This document shows positions 63,566 through 64,000 of a DNA stretch of 64,000 nt, piece after piece. A model generated the notes under the pieces. That model ran no database searches. It worked only from the letters and a program-made list of their open reading frames with translations, and was not told the origin of the DNA. Each line of letters starts with the position of its first letter. Position 1 is the first letter of the stretch. The DNA lies in the NCBI GenBank assembly GCA_951406725.2, contig OX597837.1, positions 14,756,001 to 14,820,000 of the forward strand. The letters run 5' to 3'. Both the position numbers and the translations under genes were made by a program. The stretch is from Octopus vulgaris (Eukaryota).

Positions 63566-64000
63566 GTGAGGGTTGTAAGCAAGACGTTCGTTTCATTTTC
63601 TCTACCTGTCTTCACATGGTTGTTTATCACCTTTATTATTATCATCATCATCATCATTTAACATCCGTTGTCCATGCTGGAATGGGTTATCATTATCACC
63701 ATAAGCGTCATCACCTCCGCTCTCATCATCATCGTTACCATCACTGCTGTTAGCATCATCACTCTCATCATCATAATTATCACCTTTATCATCATCATCA
63801 TCATCATCACTCGTTGCAATAGGGGAAAATATTTTATAAATAAGAGTTGTCAGTTGGTAAACAAATCTGATTGTTGTGATGATGAGGTGGTGTGATGACA
63901 GTTGAATCAAAACTGTTTCCATTGTTTACTTGAATTGGTAACAAAAATCATGTTATTGTCAGAATACGGTATACACAATCCCAAAGACTTAGTCTTCAGC

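Noticed and set aside
62956-63753. 265-aa ORF as a stand-alone gene with a His-rich tail
   Set aside because: Only 63065-63565 is exonic; the ends are intron, SINE and (CAT)n sequence.

Overview
AT-rich, microsatellite-dense eukaryotic DNA. The SINE, Penelope and RTE repeat content suggests an octopod cephalopod (Octopus-like); this is an inference. Two protein-coding genes lie head to head. On the minus strand is a complete RNF141 orthologue: five coding exons between 15462 and 21976, all with GT-AG junctions in frame, giving 233 aa with an N-terminal MG and a C3HC4 RING. On the plus strand is the 5' part of an N-terminal RASSF gene (RASSF8/7-like), with coding exons at 57596-59030 and 63065-63565; it continues past the window. 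A CpG- and motif-rich island at about 30.8-31.6 kb has outward-facing splice donors and looks like their shared bidirectional promoter. The rest is introns and intergenic DNA packed with tRNA-derived SINEs, RTE and other LINE fossils, a decayed hAT transposase, hAT/piggyBac/Tc MITEs, and a Penelope-like element with a GIY-YIG domain and a variant minimal hammerhead ribozyme. Most ORFs in the supplied track are microsatellite or SINE artefacts. I cannot demonstrate a new biological system. The best leads are the variant hammerhead, a tandemly duplicated pair of 5'UTR micro-exons, the bidirectional promoter and several long intronic fold-backs.
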